From contig CAITQP010000005.1 in assembly GCA_903894565.1 (NCBI GenBank), positions 28,971 through 92,970 of the forward strand: a DNA stretch of 64,000 nt. The letters run 5' to 3'. The stretch comes from an uncultured bacterium. GTDB taxonomy: Bacteria; Patescibacteriota; Minisyncoccia; Phycocordibacterales; UBA9973. Positions 1 to 8,415 of the stretch are shown one piece after another (within the stretch, counting starts at the first letter, position 1; the number at the start of each line of letters is the position of its first letter). A model generated the notes under the pieces. The model searched no databases, was not told the origin of the DNA, and was given only the letters and a program-made list of their open reading frames with translations. Position numbers and translations under genes: made by a program.

Positions 1-164
1 TCTGGGAAACAACAATGGATCCTGCTCGTCGTATTTTGCGACAAGTCGCGATCGAAGACGGAGCTGAAGCAGATCGTGTATTTGATATGCTCATGGGCTC
101 CGATGTCGCTCCACGCAAATCGTTTATTCAGACATACGCTCATACTGCAGATATCGACATCTAA
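1..164 (+). CDS. gyrB: DNA gyrase subunit B, 3' end (partial)
   Basis: Frame 3 reads [53 protein letters not shown], the conserved GyrB C-terminus. TAA at 162-164 overlaps the next ATG. Confidence 0.93.
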   Translation, partial: WETTMDPARRILRQVAIEDGAEADRVFDMLMGSDVAPRKSFIQTYAHTADIDI

Positions 165-421
165 TGACTATACAGTTTCTCACGGAGACGGCAGGATGGA
201 TTGGTACAGGGCTTGTTGTGCTCGCATATGTATTGGTATCGACCAAGCGAGTACAAGGTTCAAGTACTTCATATCAATTACTTAATCTTTTTGGATCGAT
301 TGGTGTTGGTGCGAATGTGCTCTATCAACACGCAATTCCGTCGCTTGTACTTCAAGCGATCTGGGCATGCATTGCCGTGTTTACTCTTTCAAAGGCAATT
401 CTGGCAAAAATCATTAGATAA
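164..421 (+). CDS. Small 3-TM membrane protein (CBU_0592/PQ-loop-like)
   Basis: 85 aa with three hydrophobic segments and a GWIG...YQLLNLFGS pattern; coupled to gyrB by TAATG. Confidence 0.7.
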   Translation: MTIQFLTETAGWIGTGLVVLAYVLVSTKRVQGSSTSYQLLNLFGSIGVGANVLYQHAIPSLVLQAIWACIAVFTLSKAILAKIIR

Positions 422-477
422 AAATACGCACAAAAAAACACGGAGGGTCATCCTTCGTGTTTTTTTGTGCGTATTTT
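421..477. terminator. Long bidirectional terminator-like inverted repeat
   Basis: 22-bp perfect arms (421-442/456-477) containing A7/T7 tracts, between convergent genes. Confidence 0.8.
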
Positions 478-483
478 ATTTTG

Positions 484-2232
484 TTAGTTTAACGTCCTTT
501 CTTCAATTTCTTTTTCGAGGCGTGCTACAAATTCTTCAGGAGAGATATTTTCGATTTTTTCTGCGCGGGTCTCGACGGTGAGTACATTTGCATCGCGTTC
601 TTTGTCTCCAATAACAATGACGTAGGGAGTCTTCATGTTCTTGGCTTCGCGGATGCGCTTGCCCATTGAGTCCTTGCCATCATCGAGTTTTACGCGAATG
701 TTTTTTGCTTTCAACATTGCGTAAACTTTGTTTGCATATTCCTCATGAACATCTTTGATCGGCACGATGACGACTTGTGTTGGCGAAAGCCAAACAGGGA
801 AATTCCCAGCGAGGTGCTCGATGAGTGTACTCATAAAGCGTTCGATTGATCCCATGATGGCTGCGTGGATCATCACAACTTGTTCCTTTTCACCTTTTTC
901 ATTGATACAGGTGAGTTTGAAATTCTTTGGCTGATTGAAATCGAGCTGGATTGTGGCGACTTGGAGTACTCGTCCGATTGAGTCGCGAGAAATGAAGTCA
1001 ATTTTTGGTCCATAGAATGCTGCCTCACCAATACCATCAATCCATGTCACGTTGCGTGATTCCATGAGTTTTTGGAGCGCGTCCTCAGCTTTTTTCCAGA
1101 CGTCTGCGCCTCCGAGGTATTTTTCTGGTGTTGCTGGGTCGTGGCGAGAAAAGCGTACTTGGAGTTTAAACCCAAACGTATTGTAGAATGTTTCGATGAT
1201 GTCCCAGATGGCGAGTGCTTCTTGTTCAATCTGAATTTCACGACAGAATACGTGTGCGTCATCTTGGGTGATTGAGAGCACGCGTGAGAGTCCTGAGAGC
1301 TCACCAGACTGTTCGTCACGGTAGACCATCGTAGTCTCAGCATAACGCTGAGGCATATCACGGTAACTGCGAAGTTCGCTATCAAAAATTTGTGTATGAT
1401 GCGGACAGTTCATTGGCTTCATCGCGTAGAGGTGATCTTCGCGTGTATGAATCTTGAAGAGGTCATCGGCGTATTTTGCCCAATGGCCACTTGTTTCATA
1501 GAGTTCTTTTTTTGTGATGTGTGGAATTGTAACTTTTTCATATCCACGATCTTTACGAAGACTCCAGACATAGTCATTGAGTGCTTCACGGATCAGTGTG
1601 CCACGTGGGGTCCAAAGAGGGAGTCCTGGACCAACGAGTTCGGAGAATACGAAGAGGCCAAGCTCTTTGCCGAGTTTGCGGTGGTCTCGTTTCTTGGCTT
1701 CTTCTTGTTGTGTGATGTATGCGTCGAGTTCCTCTTTGGTGCTAAAAGCAAGACCATAAATGCGAGTGAGCATTTTGTTTTTCTCATCACCACGCCAATA
1801 TGCACCAGCAACGTGATCGAGTTTGAATGCATCAGCGGAAATTTCTTGACTTGGATTTTCTGAGTGACCTCCACGACAAAGGTCTTCAAAACCGCCACAG
1901 GTATAGAGTGTAATTTTCTCACCACGTCCGGCAATCTCTTCTATAAGTTCAAGTTTGTATTCGTTGCCGGCGAAGACTGTGCGTGCTTCCTCCGGACTTA
2001 CTTCGCGGTGCGTAAAAGCTGTCCATTTTGAAAGATTTTTTCGCATGGATTTTTGGAGATCTTTGAGGTTTTCGTCACTTACTTTATCATTGCCAAAATC
2101 GATGTCGTAATAGAAACCATTGTCGACAGCGGGTCCGAGAGTCAATTTTGCGCTTGGATATTGGTCTTTTACCGCTTGGGCGAGTAGGTGCGCAAGTGTA
2201 TGGCGGGCATGGGCGAGTTGTTCTTGGTTCAT
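484..2232 (-). CDS. thrS: Threonine--tRNA ligase (lacks N-terminal TGS domain)
   Basis: HTLAH and DLCRGGH editing-domain motifs, RDHRKLG, KPMNCPHH, AAFYGPKIDF and an anticodon-binding C-terminus. Confidence 0.98.
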   Translation of the reverse strand: MNQEQLAHARHTLAHLLAQAVKDQYPSAKLTLGPAVDNGFYYDIDFGNDKVSDENLKDLQKSMRKNLSKWTAFTHREVSPEEARTVFAGNEYKLELIEEIAGRGEKITLYTCGGFEDLCRGGHSENPSQEISADAFKLDHVAGAYWRGDEKNKMLTRIYGLAFSTKEELDAYITQQEEAKKRDHRKLGKELGLFVFSELVGPGLPLWTPRGTLIREALNDYVWSLRKDRGYEKVTIPHITKKELYETSGHWAKYADDLFKIHTREDHLYAMKPMNCPHHTQIFDSELRSYRDMPQRYAETTMVYRDEQSGELSGLSRVLSITQDDAHVFCREIQIEQEALAIWDIIETFYNTFGFKLQVRFSRHDPATPEKYLGGADVWKKAEDALQKLMESRNVTWIDGIGEAAFYGPKIDFISRDSIGRVLQVATIQLDFNQPKNFKLTCINEKGEKEQVVMIHAAIMGSIERFMSTLIEHLAGNFPVWLSPTQVVIVPIKDVHEEYANKVYAMLKAKNIRVKLDDGKDSMGKRIREAKNMKTPYVIVIGDKERDANVLTVETRAEKIENISPEEFVARLEKEIEERTLN

Positions 2233-2316
2233 ACTGAAATCCTAGCACGCTATAGGCTTTGGGAAAAGGTGTTGCGGATAATTCGAATAGGGGTATAGTG
2301 ATTCAAAACTTGCCAC

Positions 2317-2415
2317 ATGGAGATTCTTCAGAACGTTTTAATTATATGGCTTTGCTTTAATGGCACATTGATAGTGTGCGCTTTAGTAAGCTATGGAGTT
2401 TTTGTTGAAAAATAA
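2317..2415 (+). CDS. Putative 32-aa single-pass membrane peptide
   Basis: MEILQNVLIIWLCFNGTLIVCALVSYGVFVEK*, preceded by a TTGCGG-16nt-TATAGT promoter-like sequence; below the ORF-track cutoff. Confidence 0.4.
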   Translation: MEILQNVLIIWLCFNGTLIVCALVSYGVFVEK

Positions 2416-2480
2416 AGGACTCCGCTCTATATCATCTTAACCTCGAAAGCGTAGAAATACGTGAGTAGAGGTTTTGTTTT

Positions 2481-5400
2481 TTATACAGCCTTGGCTTTTT
2501 CGATAACGAGACTCTTTTCGCCGTTGCGCTCGCTCACGCGAGCTTGTACTGCAACGACCGTATCAACCAAAAGAATATTTTGTAGTTCCGCGAACGCTTT
2601 GGTGAAGAGGACACCTTCAATTGAGCTTGTGAGATCGCCGACTTTGATGAATGCCATTTGTTCATTCTTCTTTGTGAAGATAACTTTCACCTCTTCGACG
2701 ATACAGGCGAACGTGACAGGGAAGCCAGGCTTCACTTCGTCGCGAATTTTCTTGATGGTCATGCCACTTTTTTCGATGCGATCACGGATGCGTTCGAGTG
2801 GATGTCCGGATACATACAATCCGAGCAATTCTTTTTCCCATTTCAATTTTTCAATTGTTTCAGCTTTTGGAGCTGGTGCGAGGGTGAGCGAGAGCGATTG
2901 AGTGGGGAGATCTCCAAACAGTGAGACTTGTGATCCAATATTTTGACGTTCTTTGTTGTATGCGAGCATGATTTCCATGTTGGCGAGCAGTTGTCCTCGT
3001 TCGCCGAAATGATCGAAGGCTCCGGCTTTGATGAGCGCCTCCATTGATTTCTTGTTGAGATTTTTGTGTGTGATGCGTTCGAGGAATTCAGTTACCGATT
3101 TGAAATCGCCACGCAGTCTGCGTTCTTCGATGATGGCGTTTGCGATATCTGCACCGAAGTTTTTGATGGTAAGCAAGCCGAAACGAATGATGCCTTCACC
3201 GGAGACATTTGAATTGTTGACCACAGTGAAGTCGGCGAAGCTCGCATTGATTTCTGGAGGGAGAACAGTGATGCCCATTTTGACGGCCTCGTTGATTATT
3301 TCGGCGACCTTCTCTGTGTCACCTGACTCGGCCGTCAAAATCGCACACAAATATTCCACAGGGAAATTCGCCTTCATATACGCCGTCTGATATGCCACGC
3401 GTCCATACGAAGCGGCGTGCGCCTTGTTGAATCCGTACGCTGCGAATGGTTCGATGAGAGCCCAGAGTTCCTGTGCTTTTTTTTCTGTGAGACCGTGCTC
3501 AACAAAACCTTCGAGCAAATGTTTTTTCTGCGCTTCCATTTCGGCTGGAATTTTTTTCCCCATTGCCTTACGGAGTTTGTCGGCTTCAAGCCATGAATAT
3601 CCGGCGAGCTTAATCGCAATCATCATGACGTCGTCCTGATACGTGATGACTCCGTATGATTGATCGAGAATATCTTTCATTCGTGGATCGAGATATCGCA
3701 CGAGTGATGGATTTTCTTTACGTTCAATATATTGTGGAATCATTTCCATCGGACCTGGGCGATACAGTGCGACCATGGCATTGATGTCGTGAATCGTTGT
3801 TGGTTTGAGTTGCTTGAGGTATGCAGTCATACCCGAGCCATTGAGCTGGAAGAGCCCCATCGTTTCTCCACGTGCGAGGATTTCAAATGTGCGTGCATCT
3901 TCGAGGGGAACTTTGTCGAGGTTCACATCAATATCACGAAGCTCCTTTACGAGACGCACAGCATCAGCGAGAATGGCAAGGTTGCGAATACCGAGGAAGT
4001 CGAATTTTGGCAGGCCCACATCTTCGATGTAGTGCATGTCATATTGAGTGATGATTGAACCACCTTTTGGATCAAACTGCACAGGTGCAAATTCGTAGAG
4101 TGGTTTTGGCGCGATAACGACACCTGCAGCATGAACAGACACGTGGCGTACACAGCCTTCGAGTTTGAGGGCGAGATCGATGATGTGCTTGGTGTCAGCT
4201 TCTTTTTTGTATGCATCAGCAAGTTCTGGAATGAGTTCCATCGCGTGCGTAATTGTCATAGGGAATCCCTGCGAGCCCATTGGAATGAGAGCCGAAATTC
4301 GGTCGCCAATCGCATACGGATATCCGAGTGCGCGGGCTACGTCACGCACTGAACCTTTGGCCATCATCGTTCCGAATGTTCCAATTTGCGCGACACGATC
4401 TTCACCATAGCGACGCTTGGCGTATTCAATCATTTCACCACGTCGGTTATCGGCGTAGTCCATATCAATATCGGGAAGCGACGGACGCTCTGGGTTGAGG
4501 AAACGTTCAAACGGAAGTTTGTATACGAGCGGATCAACGTTCGTAATTCCGATCAGATATGTCGTGAGCGATCCCGCGACCGATCCTCGAATATTTGTGA
4601 GAATACCGTTTTCACGCGCGAATTTGAGCAAGTCTCCCACGACGAGGAAGTATCCTGCGTAGCCTTTTTGTTTGATGACACTGAGCTCGTATTCGAGACG
4701 ATCGAGATATGGTTTCGTTTGTTCGAGATCGCGAAAAGCGAAACCGTCGTATGACAGTTCGCGTAATTTCATGTCCGCCGTAATTCCTTCAGGAAGGGGA
4801 AATTCAGGGAAGTAGGCGACACCGAGTTCAATCTCGTAATTCTCGCATAGGTCTGCGACTTTGGATGTGTTTGCAACAGCTTCGGGAATATCTGAAAAAT
4901 ATTCGAGCGCGGTTTTTTCATCGATGAGCGAAAAGTCGTCGTCAGGGAATTCAAATTTGCCCGTGTTGCCATCACCTTGTGTGTTGATTGCAAGGAGCGT
5001 GTGATGTGCCTCGTGGTCGTCACGACATGGATAGTGTGAGTCTTGTGTTGCGACGATAGTGACGTCGTGTTTTCGTGCAAGCTCAATGAGACGCTCGCGC
5101 ACGAGTTTGTCGTTTTCAATATGTGGATGGCTTTGTACTTCGATGAAATAATTTTCTTTGCCGAAGATGTCGAGGTGCTCGCGAACGATATCATCCGCTT
5201 TATCCATATCGTTCGCGAGCACTGCCTGCGAAAGTTCTCCGCCGAGACACGCCGAAAGACACACGATACCTTCGTGATATTTTCGCAAGATTTCTTTGTC
5301 CATGCGTGGCTTGTAGTAATAGCCTTCGAGGTTTGCAATCGTGACGAGACGAATGAGATTTTTGTATCCTTGCAGATTTTTGGCGAGGAGGATGAGGTGA

Positions 5401-5666
5401 TAGTAACGCTTGCCGTTACTGACCGCGACTTTGTCGAGGCGTGAGCCGGATGTGACATATGCCTCTACACCGATGATTGGTTTGATGCCTGCCTTGCGCG
5501 CAACTTTGTAGAATTCAATCGCCCCGTACATGTTTCCATGGTCAGTCAGAGCCACCGCTGTTTGGCTGTTCTTTTTTGCGATATCTACCATGTCCTCAAG
5601 TTTGGTCAGACCGTCGAGCAGGGAATAGTGCGAGTGCGTGTGGAGGTGGACGAATTTGGAGCTCAT
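2481..5666 (-). CDS. dnaE: DNA polymerase III alpha subunit
   Basis: PHP motifs HLHTHSHYSLLDG and ALTDHG, FERFLNPER, PDIDMD, GFNKAHA and a C-terminal OB fold; start placed at MSSKF. Confidence 0.98.
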   Translation of the reverse strand: MSSKFVHLHTHSHYSLLDGLTKLEDMVDIAKKNSQTAVALTDHGNMYGAIEFYKVARKAGIKPIIGVEAYVTSGSRLDKVAVSNGKRYYHLILLAKNLQGYKNLIRLVTIANLEGYYYKPRMDKEILRKYHEGIVCLSACLGGELSQAVLANDMDKADDIVREHLDIFGKENYFIEVQSHPHIENDKLVRERLIELARKHDVTIVATQDSHYPCRDDHEAHHTLLAINTQGDGNTGKFEFPDDDFSLIDEKTALEYFSDIPEAVANTSKVADLCENYEIELGVAYFPEFPLPEGITADMKLRELSYDGFAFRDLEQTKPYLDRLEYELSVIKQKGYAGYFLVVGDLLKFARENGILTNIRGSVAGSLTTYLIGITNVDPLVYKLPFERFLNPERPSLPDIDMDYADNRRGEMIEYAKRRYGEDRVAQIGTFGTMMAKGSVRDVARALGYPYAIGDRISALIPMGSQGFPMTITHAMELIPELADAYKKEADTKHIIDLALKLEGCVRHVSVHAAGVVIAPKPLYEFAPVQFDPKGGSIITQYDMHYIEDVGLPKFDFLGIRNLAILADAVRLVKELRDIDVNLDKVPLEDARTFEILARGETMGLFQLNGSGMTAYLKQLKPTTIHDINAMVALYRPGPMEMIPQYIERKENPSLVRYLDPRMKDILDQSYGVITYQDDVMMIAIKLAGYSWLEADKLRKAMGKKIPAEMEAQKKHLLEGFVEHGLTEKKAQELWALIEPFAAYGFNKAHAASYGRVAYQTAYMKANFPVEYLCAILTAESGDTEKVAEIINEAVKMGITVLPPEINASFADFTVVNNSNVSGEGIIRFGLLTIKNFGADIANAIIEERRLRGDFKSVTEFLERITHKNLNKKSMEALIKAGAFDHFGERGQLLANMEIMLAYNKERQNIGSQVSLFGDLPTQSLSLTLAPAPKAETIEKLKWEKELLGLYVSGHPLERIRDRIEKSGMTIKKIRDEVKPGFPVTFACIVEEVKVIFTKKNEQMAFIKVGDLTSSIEGVLFTKAFAELQNILLVDTVVAVQARVSERNGEKSLVIEKAKAV

Positions 5667-5774
5667 GTGCGCGTAGTATACCAACGATTGATGCCTTTAG
5701 ACAAAGATATTTTTTATTGTATAATTTTACTTTGTTTAGTTCGTTCGAAATTGTATTTGTTATATACTTACAGT

Positions 5775-6374
5775 ATGAAAGTAATCGTCGGCATCGACGA
5801 AGTCGGTCGCGGGCCACTGGCGGGGCCGGTGGCAGTTGGAGCTTTTGTTCTTCTCGAACCGACTACTGAAAAAGAAATTCAAACGTTTCGAATTCCGCTC
5901 CGTGATTCAAAACAACTTTCGCGCGCTCAGCGAGAAGAATGGTTTACTCAAATCGAATCGTGGCAGAAAGCGGGGAAGTGCGATTTCGCCGTGTCCATGG
6001 TGAGTGCTAAAGAAATCGATGCGCACGGCATTTCTCGCGCGATCAAAAAAGCACTCGCCGAAACACTTGAGACGCTTGAGTGTTCGACCGATGCACTTAT
6101 TCTCCTTGATGGTTCACTCCACGCTCCAGAACATTTTCACAATCAAATTACGATTATCAAAGGTGACGAAAAAGAACCAATTATTTCACTCGCCTCAATC
6201 GTAGCGAAGGTCACACGCGATCGATATATGACACGCTTCGCCGAACGCTACCCACACTATGGATTTGAGCGACACATGGGCTATGGTACCGCAGAGCATT
6301 ACACAGCACTGAAGAAATACGGTCTGTGTCCGATTCACCGCAAGAGCTTTTTGAAAAATATGAGTAAGGTATAG
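5775..6374 (+). CDS. rnhB: Ribonuclease HII
   Basis: GIDEVGRGPLAGPV, RDSKQLS, KGDE, ASIVAKVTRD, GYGT; true start is MKVIV at 5775. Confidence 0.96.
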   Translation: MKVIVGIDEVGRGPLAGPVAVGAFVLLEPTTEKEIQTFRIPLRDSKQLSRAQREEWFTQIESWQKAGKCDFAVSMVSAKEIDAHGISRAIKKALAETLETLECSTDALILLDGSLHAPEHFHNQITIIKGDEKEPIISLASIVAKVTRDRYMTRFAERYPHYGFERHMGYGTAEHYTALKKYGLCPIHRKSFLKNMSKV

Positions 6375-6419
6375 AGACGCCCTTGCATTTTTAAAAATAT
6401 TTGCTACTATGTTCCCTGT

Positions 6420-6635
6420 ATGGTTATTCGAATGCGTCACACGCGAGCCCACACGGGCAATCGCCGAAGTCATCACGCTCTTAAAAGTGCGGCATTTTCT
6501 AAGTGTTCCCACTGTGGAACCCTTCGTCCGCCTCACACAGTGTGTGTAGCTTGTGGTTATTACCGTGGCCGCAAAGTTCTCGACGTCGTAAAGAAAGTCG
6601 AGAAAAAGCAGGCAAAGCGCAAGACCTCTAAATAA
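6420..6635 (+). CDS. rpmF: 50S ribosomal protein L32
   Basis: Basic 71-aa protein with a CSHCG...HTVCVACGYYRG zinc ribbon. Confidence 0.95.
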   Translation: MVIRMRHTRAHTGNRRSHHALKSAAFSKCSHCGTLRPPHTVCVACGYYRGRKVLDVVKKVEKKQAKRKTSK

Positions 6636-6637
6636 GC

Positions 6638-6718
6638 ATACGTTTTACGTAGTGCAGAGAGGAGAGATTTAGAAATGGGCAGAACCCGTTCTATGATTGT
6701 CTTCTCTACGTTTCGTAT
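6638..6718 (+). promoter_or_regulatory. Long imperfect RNA stem-loop upstream of nusB-rnc
   Basis: Nested complementary segments ATACG/CGTAT, ACGTAG/CTACGT, AGGAGA/TCTTCT and TAGAAATGGG/CCCGTTCTA; no U-tract. Confidence 0.45.
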
Positions 6719-6743
6719 TTGAACGCAATAATTTTTATTTACA

Positions 6744-7661
6744 ATGGCAAATAGGCACCTTTCACGGTCAATCGTTCTCCAAACCCTCTTCGAGTGGGAT
6801 TTTAAAGGTCACCAAACAGAAGGCGTCGAAGAGATGCTTGAGCGCAATGAAGGCGAGTTTGCACCCGGAAACGAAGATTTGCAGTTCATGAAAAAGATTC
6901 TCAGCTATGTCATCGACAAGCGTGAGATTATTGATCAGATCATCGAGAAAGCTGCGCCTGAATGGCCAATTGAAAAGATTAATGCGGTTGATCGAAACAT
7001 TCTTCGTATGGGTCTTGGTGAATTGCTCTTTGGTGATCACAACGAAGTGCCACCAAAGGTTGCTATAAACGAGGCAATCGAACTCGCGAAAACATTCGGA
7101 GGTGATAGTTCGTCACGATTTGTGAACGGAGTACTTGGCGCTGTCTACAAAGAAATCGGCGAACCGGGCAAGGACCAGACATCGAAGCGTCAAAAGAAAC
7201 TCGACGAAGTAGATATTGCGAAGCTTCCTGTTGAACAAAAAGCAGGTGCTCTCATTTATGCACGCGACGGCGAGGAATTGTATTTCGCACTCGTGCATGA
7301 CATTTTTGGATACTGGACCCTTTCGAAGGGTGGCGTTGAAGGGGATGAGACAGCTGAGCAAGCTGCAATTCGTGAGATCAAAGAAGAGTGTAATCTCGAT
7401 ATTACAATCAAAGAAAAAATTGGTGAGAGTGAGTACGTCGCGTCGCATCCAGAAAAAGGCAAAATCAAAAAGCGTGTTACATTCTTCCTTGCAGAATCTC
7501 CTTACGTTCCGGTCACACTCGAAAATCATTCTGGAGGACTCGACGATGTACGATGGTTTACGCTTGCTGAAGTTGCAAGTCTCAAAATGTATGATGACGT
7601 GACTGGGTATATGGCGAATGCCATCACGACTCTCGTTGGAGACAATAGTGGTGCTGAATAA
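6744..7661 (+). CDS. nusB: Transcription antitermination factor NusB fused to a C-terminal Nudix hydrolase domain
   Basis: aa 1-140 are NusB (DRNILR, VAINEAIELAKTFG, FVNGVLG); aa ~165-300 are Nudix, with box GGVEGDETAEQAAIREIKEECNL. Confidence 0.92.
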   Translation: MANRHLSRSIVLQTLFEWDFKGHQTEGVEEMLERNEGEFAPGNEDLQFMKKILSYVIDKREIIDQIIEKAAPEWPIEKINAVDRNILRMGLGELLFGDHNEVPPKVAINEAIELAKTFGGDSSSRFVNGVLGAVYKEIGEPGKDQTSKRQKKLDEVDIAKLPVEQKAGALIYARDGEELYFALVHDIFGYWTLSKGGVEGDETAEQAAIREIKEECNLDITIKEKIGESEYVASHPEKGKIKKRVTFFLAESPYVPVTLENHSGGLDDVRWFTLAEVASLKMYDDVTGYMANAITTLVGDNSGAE

Positions 7662-7687
7662 TAGACATTAATTTACGATTTACTCTT

Positions 7688-8398
7688 ATGCCTGAAAAAT
7701 TATCACGTGAATGGGAGACCTTTGAAAAGACTATTGGCGTAAGTTTTAAAAACCGCGACCTGCTTACGCAGGCGTTCATTCATCGTTCTTTTTTAAACGA
7801 GAACCCACGTACTGGTATTGAACACAACGAACGTCTCGAATTTCTTGGTGATGCAGTTCTTGAGCTTGCTGTTACTGATTATTTGTATCGAACATACCCA
7901 GAAAGTCCAGAAGGTGAGCTTACGTCATATCGCGCCGCACTCGTGAACGCAAATACGATGGCTGATTTTGCAAATGAGATCAACATGAATGAGTATTTGT
8001 TCCTTTCACGAGGAGAAGCCAAAGATACCGGCAAGGCACGTTTGTACATTCTCGCGAACGCGATTGAAGCACTCATTGGTGCACTCTACCTCGATCAGGG
8101 ATATGATGTCGCAGAGCAATTCATCGATCGATTTCTCTACAAGCGTGCTGCTGACGTGGTCAAAATGAAATTGTGGCGCGATTCGAAAAGTCTTGTGCAA
8201 GAAAAAGCTCAAGAGCACGTAAACGTGACGCCGAGCTATAAAGTCGTTCGGGAGACAGGTCCAGATCACGACAAGCATTTTACGATTGGTATTTTCTTTG
8301 GTGAAGAAAAAATTGCCGAGGGTCGAGGACACTCCAAACAGGAAGCAGAACAGGATGCTGCACGTGCAGCCCTTGTAGCAAAACACTGGCTCGATTAG
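7688..8398 (+). CDS. rnc: Ribonuclease III
   Basis: HNERLEFLGDAVL signature and a C-terminal dsRBD (GPDHDKHF, SKQEAEQDAA). Confidence 0.98.
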   Translation: MPEKLSREWETFEKTIGVSFKNRDLLTQAFIHRSFLNENPRTGIEHNERLEFLGDAVLELAVTDYLYRTYPESPEGELTSYRAALVNANTMADFANEINMNEYLFLSRGEAKDTGKARLYILANAIEALIGALYLDQGYDVAEQFIDRFLYKRAADVVKMKLWRDSKSLVQEKAQEHVNVTPSYKVVRETGPDHDKHFTIGIFFGEEKIAEGRGHSKQEAEQDAARAALVAKHWLD

Positions 8399-8415
8399 AA
8401 TAGAGGAGTCACTGT

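Noticed and set aside
484-2232. ThrRS lacking the TGS domain as a novelty
   Set aside because: N-terminally shortened ThrRS is known in many reduced genomes, and the editing and catalytic motifs are intact.
5538-5774. N-terminal extension of RNase HII
   Set aside because: It overlaps the dnaE start and divergent promoters; the family motif begins right after ATG 5775.
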